Shown: positions 9,518-20,547, counted from the stretch's first letter. The stretch is 64,000 bases of DNA from an uncultured Methylomirabilota bacterium (GCA_963695995.1 CAVOIV010000029.1:70914-134913), one strand, 5' to 3'. Numbers and translations are program-made. The notes: generated by a model from the sequence alone, not told the origin.

Positions 9518-10367
9518 ATGCCCCAGGATGCGGAGAACCGACGGCCGACGCTCGTTGCGCCTCCTGGTGCCTGCGATTGCCACATTCACATCTTCGGGCC
9601 GCGGGAGCGGTTTGCGCTCGCAGCCGAGGTGGCCTACACGCCCGCTGAGGCGTCGGTGGAGGCCTACCAGGAGATCCGGCGCCGTCTGGGGATCCAACGG
9701 ACCGTCGTCATCCAACCCAGCGCCTACGGCACCGACAACGCCTGCACGCTGGACGCGATCGCCCGCCTTCAGCCCCACGCCCGCGGAATCGCCGTGGTCG
9801 ACCCGACGGTTCCCGATGCGGAACTAGCCCGGCTCAACGCGGCGGGCTTTCGCGGACTTCGATTCTCGCTGACCGTCAAGAACGCGCTGCGGCCCGAACA
9901 CCTCGAGCCGATCGCCCGCCGGATCCAGCCCTTCGGCTGGCACATCCAGTTCCGGTCGACTCTCCGGGACCTACCGGACGTGGAGCCGCAGCTCCGGCGT
10001 TTGCCGGTGGATGTCTGCCTCGACCACATGAGCAGCATTCCCCCCGAAGCGCCGTTGGATCACCCGGCGTGGGGAGCGCTGTTCCGCCTGCTCGACACGG
10101 GCCGCTGCTGGGTCAAGCTTCTCGGCCCCCTACCAACTCTCGCGGATGCCGGGGCCGCGCTATGCCGACTTCGGCATCCAGGTGGCCGCCCTGGTGAAAG
10201 CGGCGCCGCAGCGCATGGTCTGGGGGACGAACTGGCCGCACCCCATGGTGGAGACCAAACCCGATGACGCGGGGCTCCTGGACTGGATTGGGGAATGGGT
10301 GTCGGAGGGCGCGCTGCGCCGGGCGATCCTGGTGGAAAATCCCGCCACGCTGTACGATTTTCGTTAG
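9518..10367 (+). CDS. amidohydrolase_2 family hydrolase (LigI / 2-pyrone-4,6-dicarboxylate hydrolase-like lactonase), one frameshift
   Basis: PPGACDCHIHIFGP.., VVIQPSAYGTDN and the C-terminal VWGTNWPHP match the family. The two halves are in different frames, with the junction at about 10120-10140. Confidence 0.7.
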
Positions 10368-10417
10368 CGCCACAGCCAGGGGTCGACCCGGCCGCGGCCA
10401 GACGAGGAGGTGTGCGC

Positions 10418-11168
10418 ATGCCGAAAGATCTGGTCGTCCTCGTCACCGGATCGTCACGCGGGATCGGAGCCGCCCTGGTGGCGGGTTTTGCGCGGGCGGG
10501 ACACCGTGTCGTCGTGAACTACGCCCACGCCGCGGCCGAGGCCGCAGCGCTGGCGGCATCCCTGGCCGCCGATGTCGGAGACCGGGTGGTCTGTGTGAAG
10601 GCCGACGTGGCCCGGCGCGCGGAGGTGCGGGCCATGTTCGATGTCGTCGTGGAGCGTTTCGGTCGAGTGGACGTGCTGGTGAACAACGCCGGCCTGAACC
10701 GCGACGGGCCGTTTCTCGGGATGGCCGACGACGACTGGGACCGCGTCATCGCCACCAACCTCACGGGGGTCTTCATCTGCGCGCAGGAGTTCGCCCGCCG
10801 GTTCGCCGGAGGGGTAGGGCACATCATCAATCTCAGCGCTTCCACGGCGATCCAAGGACGGAGGAATGGGGCCAATTACTGTAGCGCCAAAGCGGGGGTG
10901 CTGGCCCTGACCAAGTGCCTGGCCCTGGAGCTGGCGCCGAAGATCCGCGTCAACTGTCTGGCACCGGGGCGGATCGACACGGCGGAGGTCATGGAGCGCT
11001 TCAACCTGCACGACCCGGCGACCTACGAGGCCGCCGTCCGAGGCGATACCGGCCGGCCGGCTGGGCACCCCCGAGGACGTGGTGCGGGTGGCCCGGTTCC
11101 TCGTGGAGGAGTCGGACTACATCACGGGACAGAACTTCTTCGTGAATGGCGGGAATTTCATGGGCTGA
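10418..11168 (+). CDS. short-chain dehydrogenase/reductase (FabG-like), one frameshift
   Basis: VTGSSRGIGAA, NNAG and YCSAKAG are the classical SDR motifs. The C-terminus IPAGRLGTPEDV..ITGQNFFVNGG is in another frame, with the junction at about 11045. Confidence 0.8.
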
Positions 11169-11245
11169 GCTGGGGCTGCGGCGGTGCGGTCGTGCGGTGG
11201 GAGGAACATTCGGGAACCCCAAACTTGCATGGAGGAGAGACTCCG

Positions 11246-12243
11246 ATGAGACACGCGAAAGGGTTCGATGGTGCCGCGGTAGCCTTCCTCGCCGTTCTGG
11301 TCATCCTCGGCCTGGCCCTGCCGGCCGTGGCGCCGGGGCGAGCTTCCCCGACAAGGCGCGGACACTCACCCACATCGTCGCGTACCCGCCGGGCGGGGGG
11401 ACCGACGTCACGGCCCGGCTGCTGGCCCCCATGCTGGAGAAGGAGCTGGGAATCCAGGCCCAGGTCCTCAACAAGCCGGGCGCCGGCGGACAGATCGGCT
11501 TCACGGAGATTGCCCGCTCCCGGCCGGACGGGTACACGATCGGGAACCTGATCCTGCCGACGGTCATCACCACCTACCTGGACCCGCAGCGCAAGGCGGT
11601 CTTCTCGCGCAAGAGCTTCGAGCTCCTGGCGCTCCAGGATAACGACCCCGGCATCATCGCCGTCAAGGCCGACGGCCCCTACAAGAACCTGAACGACCTC
11701 ATCGACGCCGCCAAGGCCAAGCCGGGCACGATCCGGACCACCACCTCCGGCATCCTGAGCGATGACCACATCGCCGCCATGCTCACCGAGGAGGTTGCCG
11801 GAGTAAAGTTCGCCATCGTGCACTTCGACGGCAGCGCTCCCGGCCGCAACGCGGTGCTGGGGGGGCACGTGGAGGCCTTCTACGGCAACGTGAGCGAGAT
11901 GAAAGCGCAGGTGGACGCCGGCGAGGTGCGCCTGCTGGCCGTCATGGATCGGAAGCGGAGCAAATTCTACCCTGACGTCAAGACCGCCGAGGAGCAGGGG
12001 TACAAGATCTACTCCGGCGTCCACCGGGGGATCGGAATGCCGGCGGGGGCACCCAAGGAGGTGCGGGATACCCTGGCCCAGGCGCTGAAGAACGTGATCA
12101 ACAGCGCCGAGTTCGTGCAGCGGATGGAGAAGCTCACCTACGCCCCGCTGTACATGGACCCGGAGAGCTACGCGAAGTTCTGGACGGACTACGAAGGGCA
12201 GGCCAAGCAGTGGGTGGAGTGGTCCAAGGCCAGAGAGAAGTAA
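11246..12243 (+). CDS. Bug/TctC-family tripartite tricarboxylate transporter substrate-binding protein, one frameshift
   Basis: The signal peptide ([29 protein letters not shown]) is in one frame. The mature part ([19 protein letters not shown].., NKPGAGG) is in the 11146..12243 frame, with the junction at about 11340. No tctA or tctB genes are nearby (an orphan Bug protein). Confidence 0.8.
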
Positions 12244-12257
12244 GCGGGGAGCGAGCG

Positions 12258-13097
12258 ATGCGATTCACGAAAATGCACGGGGCGGGGAACGACTACGTCT
12301 ACGTGAACGGATTCGAAGAGCGCGTGGAGCACCCCGAGCAGGTGGCCAGGCAGGTTTCCAGCCGGCACTTCGGCATCGGTTCGGACGGCCTGATCCTGAT
12401 CCTACCGTCGGACCGGGCGGACGTCCGAATGCGGATGTGGAACGCGGACGGCTCCGAGGCGGAGATGTGCGGGAACGGCATCCGCTGTGTGGCCAAGTAC
12501 GCGTACGATCACGGCATTGCCCGAAAGCCGACGATCACCGCCGAGACCGGCGCCGGCATCCTGACCCTGCAGCTCTTCACCGGGGCGGATGGCGCGGTCG
12601 ATCGGGTGCGGGTCGACATGGGGCGGCCGCGCCTGACCCGGGCCGAGATCCCCATGCTGGGCGACCCCCAGGACGGGCGGGCGATCGACCAGCCGCTCGC
12701 GGTGCCGGGCGAGGTGTTTCACATCACCTGCATCTCCATGGGGAATCCCCACTGCGTCCTCTTCGTGGAGGACGTGGCCCGGTACCCAGTGGAGCGGCAC
12801 GGCCCACGCATCGAGACGCACCCCGCCTTCCCCCGCCGTACCAACGTGGAGTTCGTCCAGGTCATCTCCCGGACCGAGGTGCGCCAGCGGACCTGGGAGC
12901 GGGGCAGCGGCGAGACCCTGGCCTGCGGAACCGGGGCCAGCGCTGTGTGTGTCGCCGGCGTGCTCACCGGACGGACCGAGCGGCGGATCGTCAACCATCT
13001 CTCCGGCGGCGATCTGGAGCTGGAGTGGGCGGACGACGGCCAGCTCTACATGACCGGGCCCGCCGTGGAAGTCTTCTCCGGCTCGATCGAGGTGTAG
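12258..13097 (+). CDS. dapF: diaminopimelate epimerase
   Basis: Intact 279 aa from ATG 12258. [24 protein letters not shown] and ACGTGA (the two catalytic Cys motifs) are present. Confidence 0.9.
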   Translation: MRFTKMHGAGNDYVYVNGFEERVEHPEQVARQVSSRHFGIGSDGLILILPSDRADVRMRMWNADGSEAEMCGNGIRCVAKYAYDHGIARKPTITAETGAGILTLQLFTGADGAVDRVRVDMGRPRLTRAEIPMLGDPQDGRAIDQPLAVPGEVFHITCISMGNPHCVLFVEDVARYPVERHGPRIETHPAFPRRTNVEFVQVISRTEVRQRTWERGSGETLACGTGASAVCVAGVLTGRTERRIVNHLSGGDLELEWADDGQLYMTGPAVEVFSGSIEV

Positions 13098-13156
13098 CGG
13101 CCGGGGAGGCCGCGCACCCGCCGCCCGGGCGTCTGCGGGCGAGCCCGGCCGGCACC

Positions 13157-13236
13157 TTGACAGCCCCTACCGCATCTGATAGAAACCCGACAGCCGAGGT
13201 GAGAATGCCGCTTCGGTTTTTTCTGTAGCGGTAGGT
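13157..13236 (+). promoter_or_regulatory. candidate promoter plus short hairpin/T6 (leader, attenuator or small RNA) upstream of the creatininase-family gene
   Basis: TTGACA (13157-62), 17-nt spacer, TAGAAA (13180-85). A CCGAGG..CTTCGG hairpin (13194-13216) is followed by TTTTTT (13217-22). An outer inverted repeat CCTACCGC/GCGGTAGG (13166-73 / 13228-35) encloses it. A tandem TCGACAA x2 follows. Confidence 0.35.
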
Positions 13237-13327
13237 GTCGACAATCGACAATACCCGACGCCGACCCCGCGGTCCCAACCTCCGGCGACTCGCCACGCCC
13301 CGCGCACGCCCCGGAAAGGAGGACCCC

Positions 13328-14191
13328 ATGCGCGCCCGCGATGTCTTCGAGTACAACAAGCTCACCTGGCCGGAGATGAACGACGCCATCGAGATGCAGA
13401 AGGTGGTGATCTTGCCGACCGGCTCGACCGAGCAGCACGGGCCCCACATGCCCCTGGACGTGGACCTGTTCCTGGTCCGGGAGGTCTGCCACGAGCTGGG
13501 CCGCCGCGCCCCCGACCAGGTGCTGATCCTGCCCGCCATCCCGTGCGGGCTCAACCTGCATCACATCGACTTCCCCGGGACCATCCACATCCAGCCGGAT
13601 CACTTCATCAACTTCTGCGTGGACGTGACCAAGAGCGTCGCCTATCACGGGTTCAAGCGGATCGCGGTGGTGAACGGCCACGGCTCGAACGGCCCGATGG
13701 TGGATCTGGTGGCCCGGCGCACGGTCCTGGAGACGCCGTCCATCTGCTGCGCCTTCGGCTACTTCGCCATGGGGAAAGCCGAGTACGAGCCGCTGCTGGA
13801 GAGTACCGTCCATGCCCACGCCGACGAGATGGAGACCTCGCTCTATCTGCATTTCGCCAAGGAGCGAGTCCAACTGGACAAGGCGGTCTTCGGGAACGAT
13901 CATGTCGGGCAGTACATGACCTCGGATTCCACCAAGGCGGTCCGCTTCAACGACTTCTGGGGACGCTGGACGACGACGGGGATTCACGGCGATCCCACCA
14001 AGGCGACGGCCGAGAAGGGGAAGCAGATCCTCGAGATCATCATGAAGCACATGCTGGCCTGGCTGGAGGAGTACCGGACCTGGCCGATCGAGACCGCGGC
14101 AGGACCAGCATCGGCTCCCGGCCCAGAAGGGCATTCGCTGGTAGTGAGCGTTCAGCCACTCAGAGGGTACCCGGCAGTCAGCGTTCAGTAA
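13328..14191 (+). CDS. creatininase-family amidohydrolase
   Basis: ATG 13328 follows GGAAAGGAGG. LPTGSTEQHGPHMPL and VVNGHGSN are family motifs. The last ~15 codons are made of heptamer-repeat DNA (see the repeat at 14144). Confidence 0.8.
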   Translation: MRARDVFEYNKLTWPEMNDAIEMQKVVILPTGSTEQHGPHMPLDVDLFLVREVCHELGRRAPDQVLILPAIPCGLNLHHIDFPGTIHIQPDHFINFCVDVTKSVAYHGFKRIAVVNGHGSNGPMVDLVARRTVLETPSICCAFGYFAMGKAEYEPLLESTVHAHADEMETSLYLHFAKERVQLDKAVFGNDHVGQYMTSDSTKAVRFNDFWGRWTTTGIHGDPTKATAEKGKQILEIIMKHMLAWLEEYRTWPIETAAGPASAPGPEGHSLVVSVQPLRGYPAVSVQ

Positions 14192-14270
14192 GAACAAGAA
14201 ACGACGTGTTGAAGCGCGTTGTGGGCGTCCGTCGTGGCTGAATGCTGATCGCTGACTGCTACCGCTGACC
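14144..14270. repeat. inverted pair of heptamer arrays (CAGCGTT-type, then GCTGANN-type)
   Basis: The left arm is GTGAGCGTTCAGCC (14144-57) and CAGTCAGCGTTCAG (14175-88). The right arm is GCTGAAT GCTGATC GCTGACT GCTACC GCTGACC (14237-70). The arms are partly complementary (CAGTCAGCG / CGCTGACTG). Confidence 0.7.
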
Positions 14271-14321
14271 GGTTGGGGACGCAACTGTGGAGCAACGACT
14301 CTCAACGAAGGAGGACCGACC

Positions 14322-15876
14322 ATGATACGCCGTGGGTGGATGGGATGGTTCGCAGCGGGTCTCCTGGGTCTCGCGCTCCTGCTCGGGGCGCCGGGCCCGG
14401 CGCCGGCGGGCACGGTCCTGAAGATCGCCGCCGACGGGGACATCTCCGACGTCGATCTCCACATGACGACCCATTACCTGAACCGGGTCGTCCTGCTCAA
14501 CGTGTACGACATGCTGTTCGCCTTGGGCGAGGACATGGGGCCGCGGCCGTCGCTGGTGGACAAGTACACGCGTCAGCCCGGACGGCCTGGTCTACACGCT
14601 GACGCTGCGCCGCGGCGTGAAGTTCCACAGCGGCAAGACGCTGGACGCCAAGGACGTCGTGTACTCCTCACCAAGATGCAGGCCAAGGGGCCGCGGTCCG
14701 GCCAGCTCAAGAGGCTCATCAAGTCCGTCGAGGCCGCCGATCCGCTGACCGTGAAGATCGCGCTCCACGAGGTGAACGCCGGGTTCGTCGCCACGCTGGC
14801 GAACCCCATCGCCCCGGCGGTCATCTACCCGGACGGCGAGGCGGAGCGGCAGGGGGGCACGATCACCAAGCCGGTGGGGACGGGCCCGTTCGAGTTCGTG
14901 GAGTGGAAGAAGGACAGCGTCATCCGGCTGAAGAAGTTCGCCGGCTACACGGTGGATGATCGGCCCACCTCCGGGTTCACGGGGAAGCGGCTGGCGCTGG
15001 TGGATCAGGTGGACTTCATCCCCATCCGGGACTCCTCGGTCCGCGCGGCGGCGCTGGAGCGGGGCGACGTGGACGTGGCCCTCTCCCTCACGCAGCAGGA
15101 CGTGGAGCGGTACAAGGGGAAGCCGGGTCTCACCGTTGGCGCCAAGCCGGGGGTCTCCTTCGCCGATCTCCGCTTCGGGTTCAAGAAGGGGATCTTCATG
15201 AACAACCCGAAGCTCCGCCAGGCGGTCGGGTACGCCATCGACAAGGAGGAGATCGTCAAGGCGGTGACCTTCGGGCTGGGCAAGGCCGCGCCGGCCGGCA
15301 TCCCGATCGGGACCCCGTACTTCGGGTCGGTGCACGGGAACGACCCCTATGGCAAACCGAATCCGGAAAAGGCCAAGCAGCTCCTGAAAGAGGCCGGCTA
15401 CAAAGGGGAGGAGATCATCCTGGATTCGCACCTGCAGCCCAGCGTCTATCCGGAAATCGCCGTGGTGCTCCAGGCGCAGTTCCAGGCCGTGGGGATGAAC
15501 GTGCGGGTGCGCACGCTGGAGTCGGCGGCCCTGCAGACGACCTGGGACGGGGGCGAGTTCGCCTTCTTCCTCTCGGGCCTCAGCCCGCGCCCGGACGCCG
15601 AGATCTACTACTGCCAGTTCTGGGAAAGCACCAGCACCTCGACCGGGTACAAGAATGCCGAGTACGACCGGCTGTGCGGCGCCGCCCGGACAGACCATCA
15701 AGGACGACGATCGCAAGAAGGTCTTCGCGGACCTCGAGAACCTGCTCCGCACCGACGTGCCGTGGATTCCGCTCATCTACCTGGCGCAGGTCGAGGGCTG
15801 GCGCAGCACCGTCCAGGGGTGGCAGCACTGGTCGGCCGGGTACGCCCGGGCCTGGAACGTGACGGTCGGGAAGTAG
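14322..15876 (+). pseudogene. ABC transporter substrate-binding protein, family 5 (Dpp/Opp/Nik-like), three frame disruptions
   Basis: A signal peptide and typical family-5 sequence are present (VGTGPFEFVEWKKD.., YKNAEYD). A compensating frameshift pair at about 14575/14665 hides ..SPDGLVYTLTLRRGVKFHSGKTLDAKDVVYS... Another shift at about 15695 moves the C-terminus to the 15655..15876 frame. Confidence 0.8.
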
Positions 15877-15965
15877 GGAGGTCGCGCGCAGCGCCGAACG
15901 GTGACGCCGGGGCCGAGGGCGTGATGTCCTCGGCCCCGGACTTGCCTTGCCCCGGCGCGATCCCC

Positions 15966-16922
15966 ATGCCGCCCCTACTCCGGAACATATCTCACGCGGG
16001 TGGTCGCGCTCGTCCCGATGCTCTTCGCGCTGTCCATCGCCTCGTTCGCCCTGGTGCACGTCATCCCGGGCGATCCGGCGCTGGTGATGCTGGGGGGCGA
16101 GGGGACGCCCCAGCAGGTCGCGGAGCTCCGCAAGCAGCTCGGCCTGGACCGGCCGCTCCACGTCCGCTACCTGGGAATGGCTCGGCCGGGTGGTCCGGGG
16201 CGACCTCGGCGAGTCGCTCTACAACAAGACGCGGGTCGTCGACGAGCTCATCTGGCGGTTTCCCACCACGCTGTCGCTGGTCTGCCTCGCGCTCCTGATC
16301 TCCGTCCTGATCGGGGTCCCCGCCGGATTGCTGTCGGCGGTCTACCGGAACTCGTGGGTGGACCACGTGGCCCGCCTCCTCACGCTCGTCAGCCTCTCCA
16401 TGCCCAGCTTCTGGCTGGGGCTCATGCTGATCATCCTGTTCTCGCTCAAGCTGAACCTGCTGCCCGTCGTCGGATACACCTCCGTGGTCACCGATCTCTG
16501 GAGCGGGCTGCGGTTTCTCATCCTGCCGAGCTGCGCGCTGGGCACGTATCTCACGGCCCTCCTGGCGCGCCTGGTCCGGAGCAGCGTCCTGGAGGTGCTG
16601 GGGCAGGACTACATCCGGACGGCGCGGGCCAAGGGGCTTGCGCGAGCGGGTCGTCCTGTTCCGCCACGCCCTGCGGAACGCCCTCATTCCCGCCGTGACC
16701 GTGATGGGGATCAACATGGGGATTCTCCTCGGCGGCAGCGCCGTCATCGAGACGCTCTTCGTCTTGCCGGGGGTCGGGCAGCTCGTGATCACGGCGCTGT
16801 ACAACCGGGACCTCCCGGTGATCCAGGGGCTGATCCTGTACATCTCGGTGCTGTACGTCCTGATCAATCTGGTCGTGGACCTGCTCTACACGTACCTGGA
16901 CCCGAGACTCCGCTTCGGGTAG
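15966..16922 (+). pseudogene. ABC peptide-type permease (DppB/OppB-like), about three frameshifts
   Basis: Permease sequence is readable only by joining frames at about 15985, 16185 and 16640 (..ALVPMLFALSIASFALVHVIPGDPA.., ..RTARAKGL.., ..LVVDLLYTYLDPRLRFG). Confidence 0.75.
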
Positions 16923-17026
16923 GGGCGCGGTCCGGATCCCGGCGAACGCCATGGCACCTGCGGTCTCCGTGACGACGTCGCACAGCATCCCGCCGCCGCC
17001 CCGCCGCGCTCGAGCGGCTCGGACGG

Positions 17027-17853
17027 GTGTGGCGACAGCTCCGACGAAATCGGCTCTCCCTCGTCGGCAGCCTGATCGTGGTGAGCCTGCTCCTCGCTGG
17101 CGCTGGCGGCGCCGCTCCTCGGGCTGGCCAGCCCGGTGAAGCTGAACATCGCGCAGCGGTTCCTGCCGCCGGGTCCGGGCCACTGGTTCGGGACGGACCA
17201 GCTCGGTCGCGACGTCCTGAGCCGGGTGGTCTACGGCGCGCGCGTCAGCCTCATGGCCTCGCTCTTGACCATGCTCGGCGCGGCGCTGCCCGGGGTGCTG
17301 CTCGGGATCGTGGCGGGTGTGAGCTCGGCGCGGATCTCCGGACGTCATCATGCGCCTGATGGATCTCCTGATGTCGTTCCCGCCGCTCTTGCTCGCGGTG
17401 GCGGTGGCCGCGGCACTGGGGACCGGGACGCGCAGCATCATCATCGCGCTCGGCGTGGTGTACCTGCCGCGCATCGTGCGCGTCACGCGCGGCGATCGCG
17501 CTCACGCGTGGTCGCGCAGGAGTACGTCATGGCGGCCCAGGCGCTGGGCAGCCCGCGCTGGCGTCTGGTCCTCCGGACGGTGCTGCCCAACTGCCTGTCG
17601 GTGGTCGTGGTGCAGCTCAGCCTGTACTTCGCCGAGGTCCTGCTGGCCGAGGCGGCGCTCTCGTTCCTGGGGTTGGGCGAGCCGCCGCCCACGCCGACCT
17701 GGGGCAACATCCTGCACGATTCCCAGAAGTACATCCGCAACGCCCCCTGGATCGCGTTCTTTCCCGGGCTGCGCCATCGCCCTATCGGTGCTCGGGCTGA
17801 ACCTCTTCGGGGACGCCGTCCGGGACGCCATGGATCCCCGCCTGCGGACGTGA
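17027..17853 (+). pseudogene. ABC peptide-type permease (DppC/OppC-like), about four frameshifts
   Basis: Recognisable segments (GTDQLGRDVLSRVVYGARVSL, MRLMDLLMSFPPLLLAVAV, EYVMAAQALGS, LSFLGLGEPPPTPTWG, NLFGDAVRDAMDPRL) lie in alternating frames. The junctions are at about 17095, 17325, 17495 and 17775. The 5' end is uncertain (16951-17027). Confidence 0.7.
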
Positions 17854-18055
17854 CGCCGGGCCGGCCTCCCCCGGTGCGGCACTCCCTGCGACTACGTTGC
17901 GGCTCGTCACGCGCGAACCTGCAGAGGTGCAGGGCGGTCTGGGAAAGGCCCGCCGCGTCGAAACCTGTGACCAGTTTGTGCTGATTTGCGGTATCGGTTG
18001 TGATAGGCTTTTGCCCGCGCGGCCCGTGAGGGCGCCCGGCACTTGGGCCTGCGGG

Positions 18056-18491
18056 CTACTTGCGGGACGTCCGGGCGACCCGGTCCTTGGAGTTTCCGGC
18101 GCTGGGTTTCGGCTCGGTTTTCAGCCGCAGGACCGCCGAGATCAGGTTGATCAGATCCCGAGGTCGGGCCGGTTTCTGGACGTAGCCGACGCAGCGCCGC
18201 GAGATGGCCCTGGCCTGGTCACCCACGACGTCGTAGGCGGTCATCGCCACGATGGGGATGCGTTGCGTGACCGGATCCTGCTTCGAGCGTCTCCGCCGCC
18301 GACAGCCCGTCCAGATCGGGGAGCTGGATGTCCATGAGGATGAGATCCGGGCGATGCTCGCTGGCGAACTGGAGTCCCTGCACGGCGTTGTAGGCTTGGA
18401 GGGTGCCGAAGCCGGCGAACCGGAGCGCATCGGCGATCACTGGGAGATGTCCGGGTTGTCCTCGACGATCAGGATGGTCGGCTTTGGCCAT
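18056..18491 (-). CDS. single-domain CheY-like response regulator, about two frameshifts
   Basis: The receiver pattern ..DLILMDIQLPDLDG.. and ..IPIVAMTAY..KP is split between the 18219..18491 and 18056..18430 minus-strand ORFs. Confidence 0.7.
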
Positions 18492-18640
18492 GGGCGGGTG
18501 CTCCTTGTGGCTGCGAGGCGGAGCGGGATCCCGGGGTGAGGGCCCGATGCTACTCCGGGCCTTCCTCGATTTTCAAGGGGTTTTTTGGTCCGCGTCCCAG
18601 GGTGATTTTTCGGTTGCGTGTCTTGTGAGATGGGAGGTCA

Positions 18641-19417
18641 ATGATGGGGATCCTGGATCGTTTCTCGCTGGCAGGAAAGACGGCGCTTGTCACCGGCGCC
18701 GGCCGCGGGTTGGGGCAGGGCATGGCGCTGGCGCTGGCCGAGGCGGGCGCCGACATCGCCATCGCGGAGCTGGATCTGCCGGCGGCCGAGGAGACGGCGG
18801 CCGAGGTCCGGAAGCGCGGGCGCAAGGCCTTGCCCTTCAAGGCGGACGTGACGGACTTCGACGGCGTCACGGCGATGTTCGACAGCGTGATCCAGGAATG
18901 GGGGCACCTCGACATCCTGGTGAACAACGCCGGGTACGCGCAACCGATCTCGGCCCTGGAGATGAGCGTCCAGGACTGGGAGCGGATGCTGGCGGTGGAC
19001 CTCAAGGGGGTGTTTCTCTGCTGCAAGGCCGTGGCCCCGCACATGATCAAGCAAGGGGGCGGCAAGATCGTCAACATCGCCTCCATGTCCTCGTTCCACG
19101 TGAACCGGGACGCCGACTACTGCCACTACAACGCGGCCAAGGCCGGCGTGGTGATGCTCACCAAGTCGCTGGCGGTGGAGTGGGCCCGGCACAAGATCTA
19201 CGTGAACGCCATCAGCCCGGGGTACTGCCGGACGCCGGGCAATGCGGCGCGCTCCGACAACCCGGCCATCCGGGCCATCCGGGTGGACCAGGGGATGATC
19301 AAGCGGTACGGCCAGGCATACGAGGATCTGGGCGGCGCCGTCGTCTATCTGGCGTCGGAGGCCTCCAACTTCACGACCGGCTGCAATCTGGTGGTGGACG
19401 GCGGCTACAGTCTCTAG
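18641..19417 (+). CDS. short-chain dehydrogenase/reductase (KduD / gluconate-5-dehydrogenase-like)
   Basis: Intact 258 aa with the motifs VTGAGRGLGQG, NNAG and YNAAKAG. Confidence 0.8.
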   Translation: MMGILDRFSLAGKTALVTGAGRGLGQGMALALAEAGADIAIAELDLPAAEETAAEVRKRGRKALPFKADVTDFDGVTAMFDSVIQEWGHLDILVNNAGYAQPISALEMSVQDWERMLAVDLKGVFLCCKAVAPHMIKQGGGKIVNIASMSSFHVNRDADYCHYNAAKAGVVMLTKSLAVEWARHKIYVNAISPGYCRTPGNAARSDNPAIRAIRVDQGMIKRYGQAYEDLGGAVVYLASEASNFTTGCNLVVDGGYSL

Positions 19418-19466
19418 GGTCGGGCGGACGCTGCCGAATCGTCGAGGGCGGCGCAAGGAGGACGTC

Positions 19467-20448
19467 ATGAAACGGCTGAGTGTGGCGGTGATCGCAGTCG
19501 CGCTGATCGTTGCTTCGGGGGCGTGGCGGTGGCCGGCGAGAAGTTGATGGTGTACACCTCGATGAAGGAGAGCCTGATCGGCAAGCTCCGGGACGCCTTC
19601 GCGAAGAAGCACCCCGAGGTCTCCTTCGACTACTACTCGGCCGGGGCGGGCAAGCTCATGGCCAAGGTGGCAGCGGAGCGGCAGGCCGGGAAGCTCACGG
19701 TGGACGTGCTCTGGCACAGCGAGGTGCCGGACTTCTTCCAATTGAAGAAGGAAGGGGCCTGGGAGAAGTACGTGTCGCCCGAGGCCGCGGCGGTGCAGAG
19801 CACCGTCAAGGACCCCGACGGCTTCTTCACGCCGGCGCGCCTGGGCACCCTGGGCATCGCCTACAACACCAAGAAGATCACCGCCGCGCCCAAGGCGTGG
19901 AGTGACATGCTCGATCCCCGCTTCAAGGACGGCTTCGCCATCGCCAACCCCGCCCTGTCGGGCACGGCCATGATGAGCGTGGCGCTCCTCACGAACACCT
20001 TCGGCTGGGAGTACATCCAGAAGCTGAAGGCGAACGGCGCCAAGATCGGCGCCGGCTCGGGGCAGGTGGTGGACGACACGGCCTCCGGCGACTTCAAGGC
20101 GTCGCTGGCGCCCGACTACATCGCCATCGACAAGATCAAGAAGGGGGCCACCATGGGCCTGGCCTACCCGCCCGAGATGCTGGTGGTCCCGAGCCCGATC
20201 GCCATCTTCAAGGGGACCCCGAACCTGAAGGCGGCGCAGAAGTTCGTGGACTTCCTGCTCTCCAAGGACGGCCAGACGATCGTGGCCAGCGAGGGCACGC
20301 TCCCGGTCCGCGCCGACGTGGTGGTGGACACGACGCACGGCCTGGTGAAGGCGGACGAGGCGGTGAAGCGCGCCATGAAGGCGGACTACCTGAAGGTGAT
20401 GGCCGAGAAGGAGCGATCATCCAGAAGTTCACGCAGACCATGCGGTAG
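19467..20448 (+). CDS. ABC transporter substrate-binding protein, family 1 (iron(III)/polyamine-type), two frameshifts
   Basis: The signal peptide MKRLSVAVIAVALIVASGA starts at ATG 19467. The body is in the 19523.. frame (LMVYTSMKE.., GTLGIAYN, SPIAIFKG). The C-terminus ..KERIIQKFTQTMR stops at 20448 in a third frame. The junctions are at about 19520 and 20410. Confidence 0.75.
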
Positions 20449-20473
20449 CGCCGCTGCGGCGCGGAGCACATCG

Positions 20474-20512
20474 GGCGGGGCGGTGGGGCGCGAGGCGCCT
20501 CGCCGCCCCGCC
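20474..20512 (+). promoter_or_regulatory. strong intercistronic GC hairpin between binding-protein and ATPase genes
   Basis: GGCGGGGCGG (20474-83) and CCGCCCCGCC (20503-12) form a perfect 10-bp stem enclosing an inner GGCGC-GAG-GCGCC hairpin. There is no T run. Confidence 0.5.
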
Positions 20513-20547
20513 GAGCATGGGGGCGGTTGGTCTGGTCGGGAGCGATC

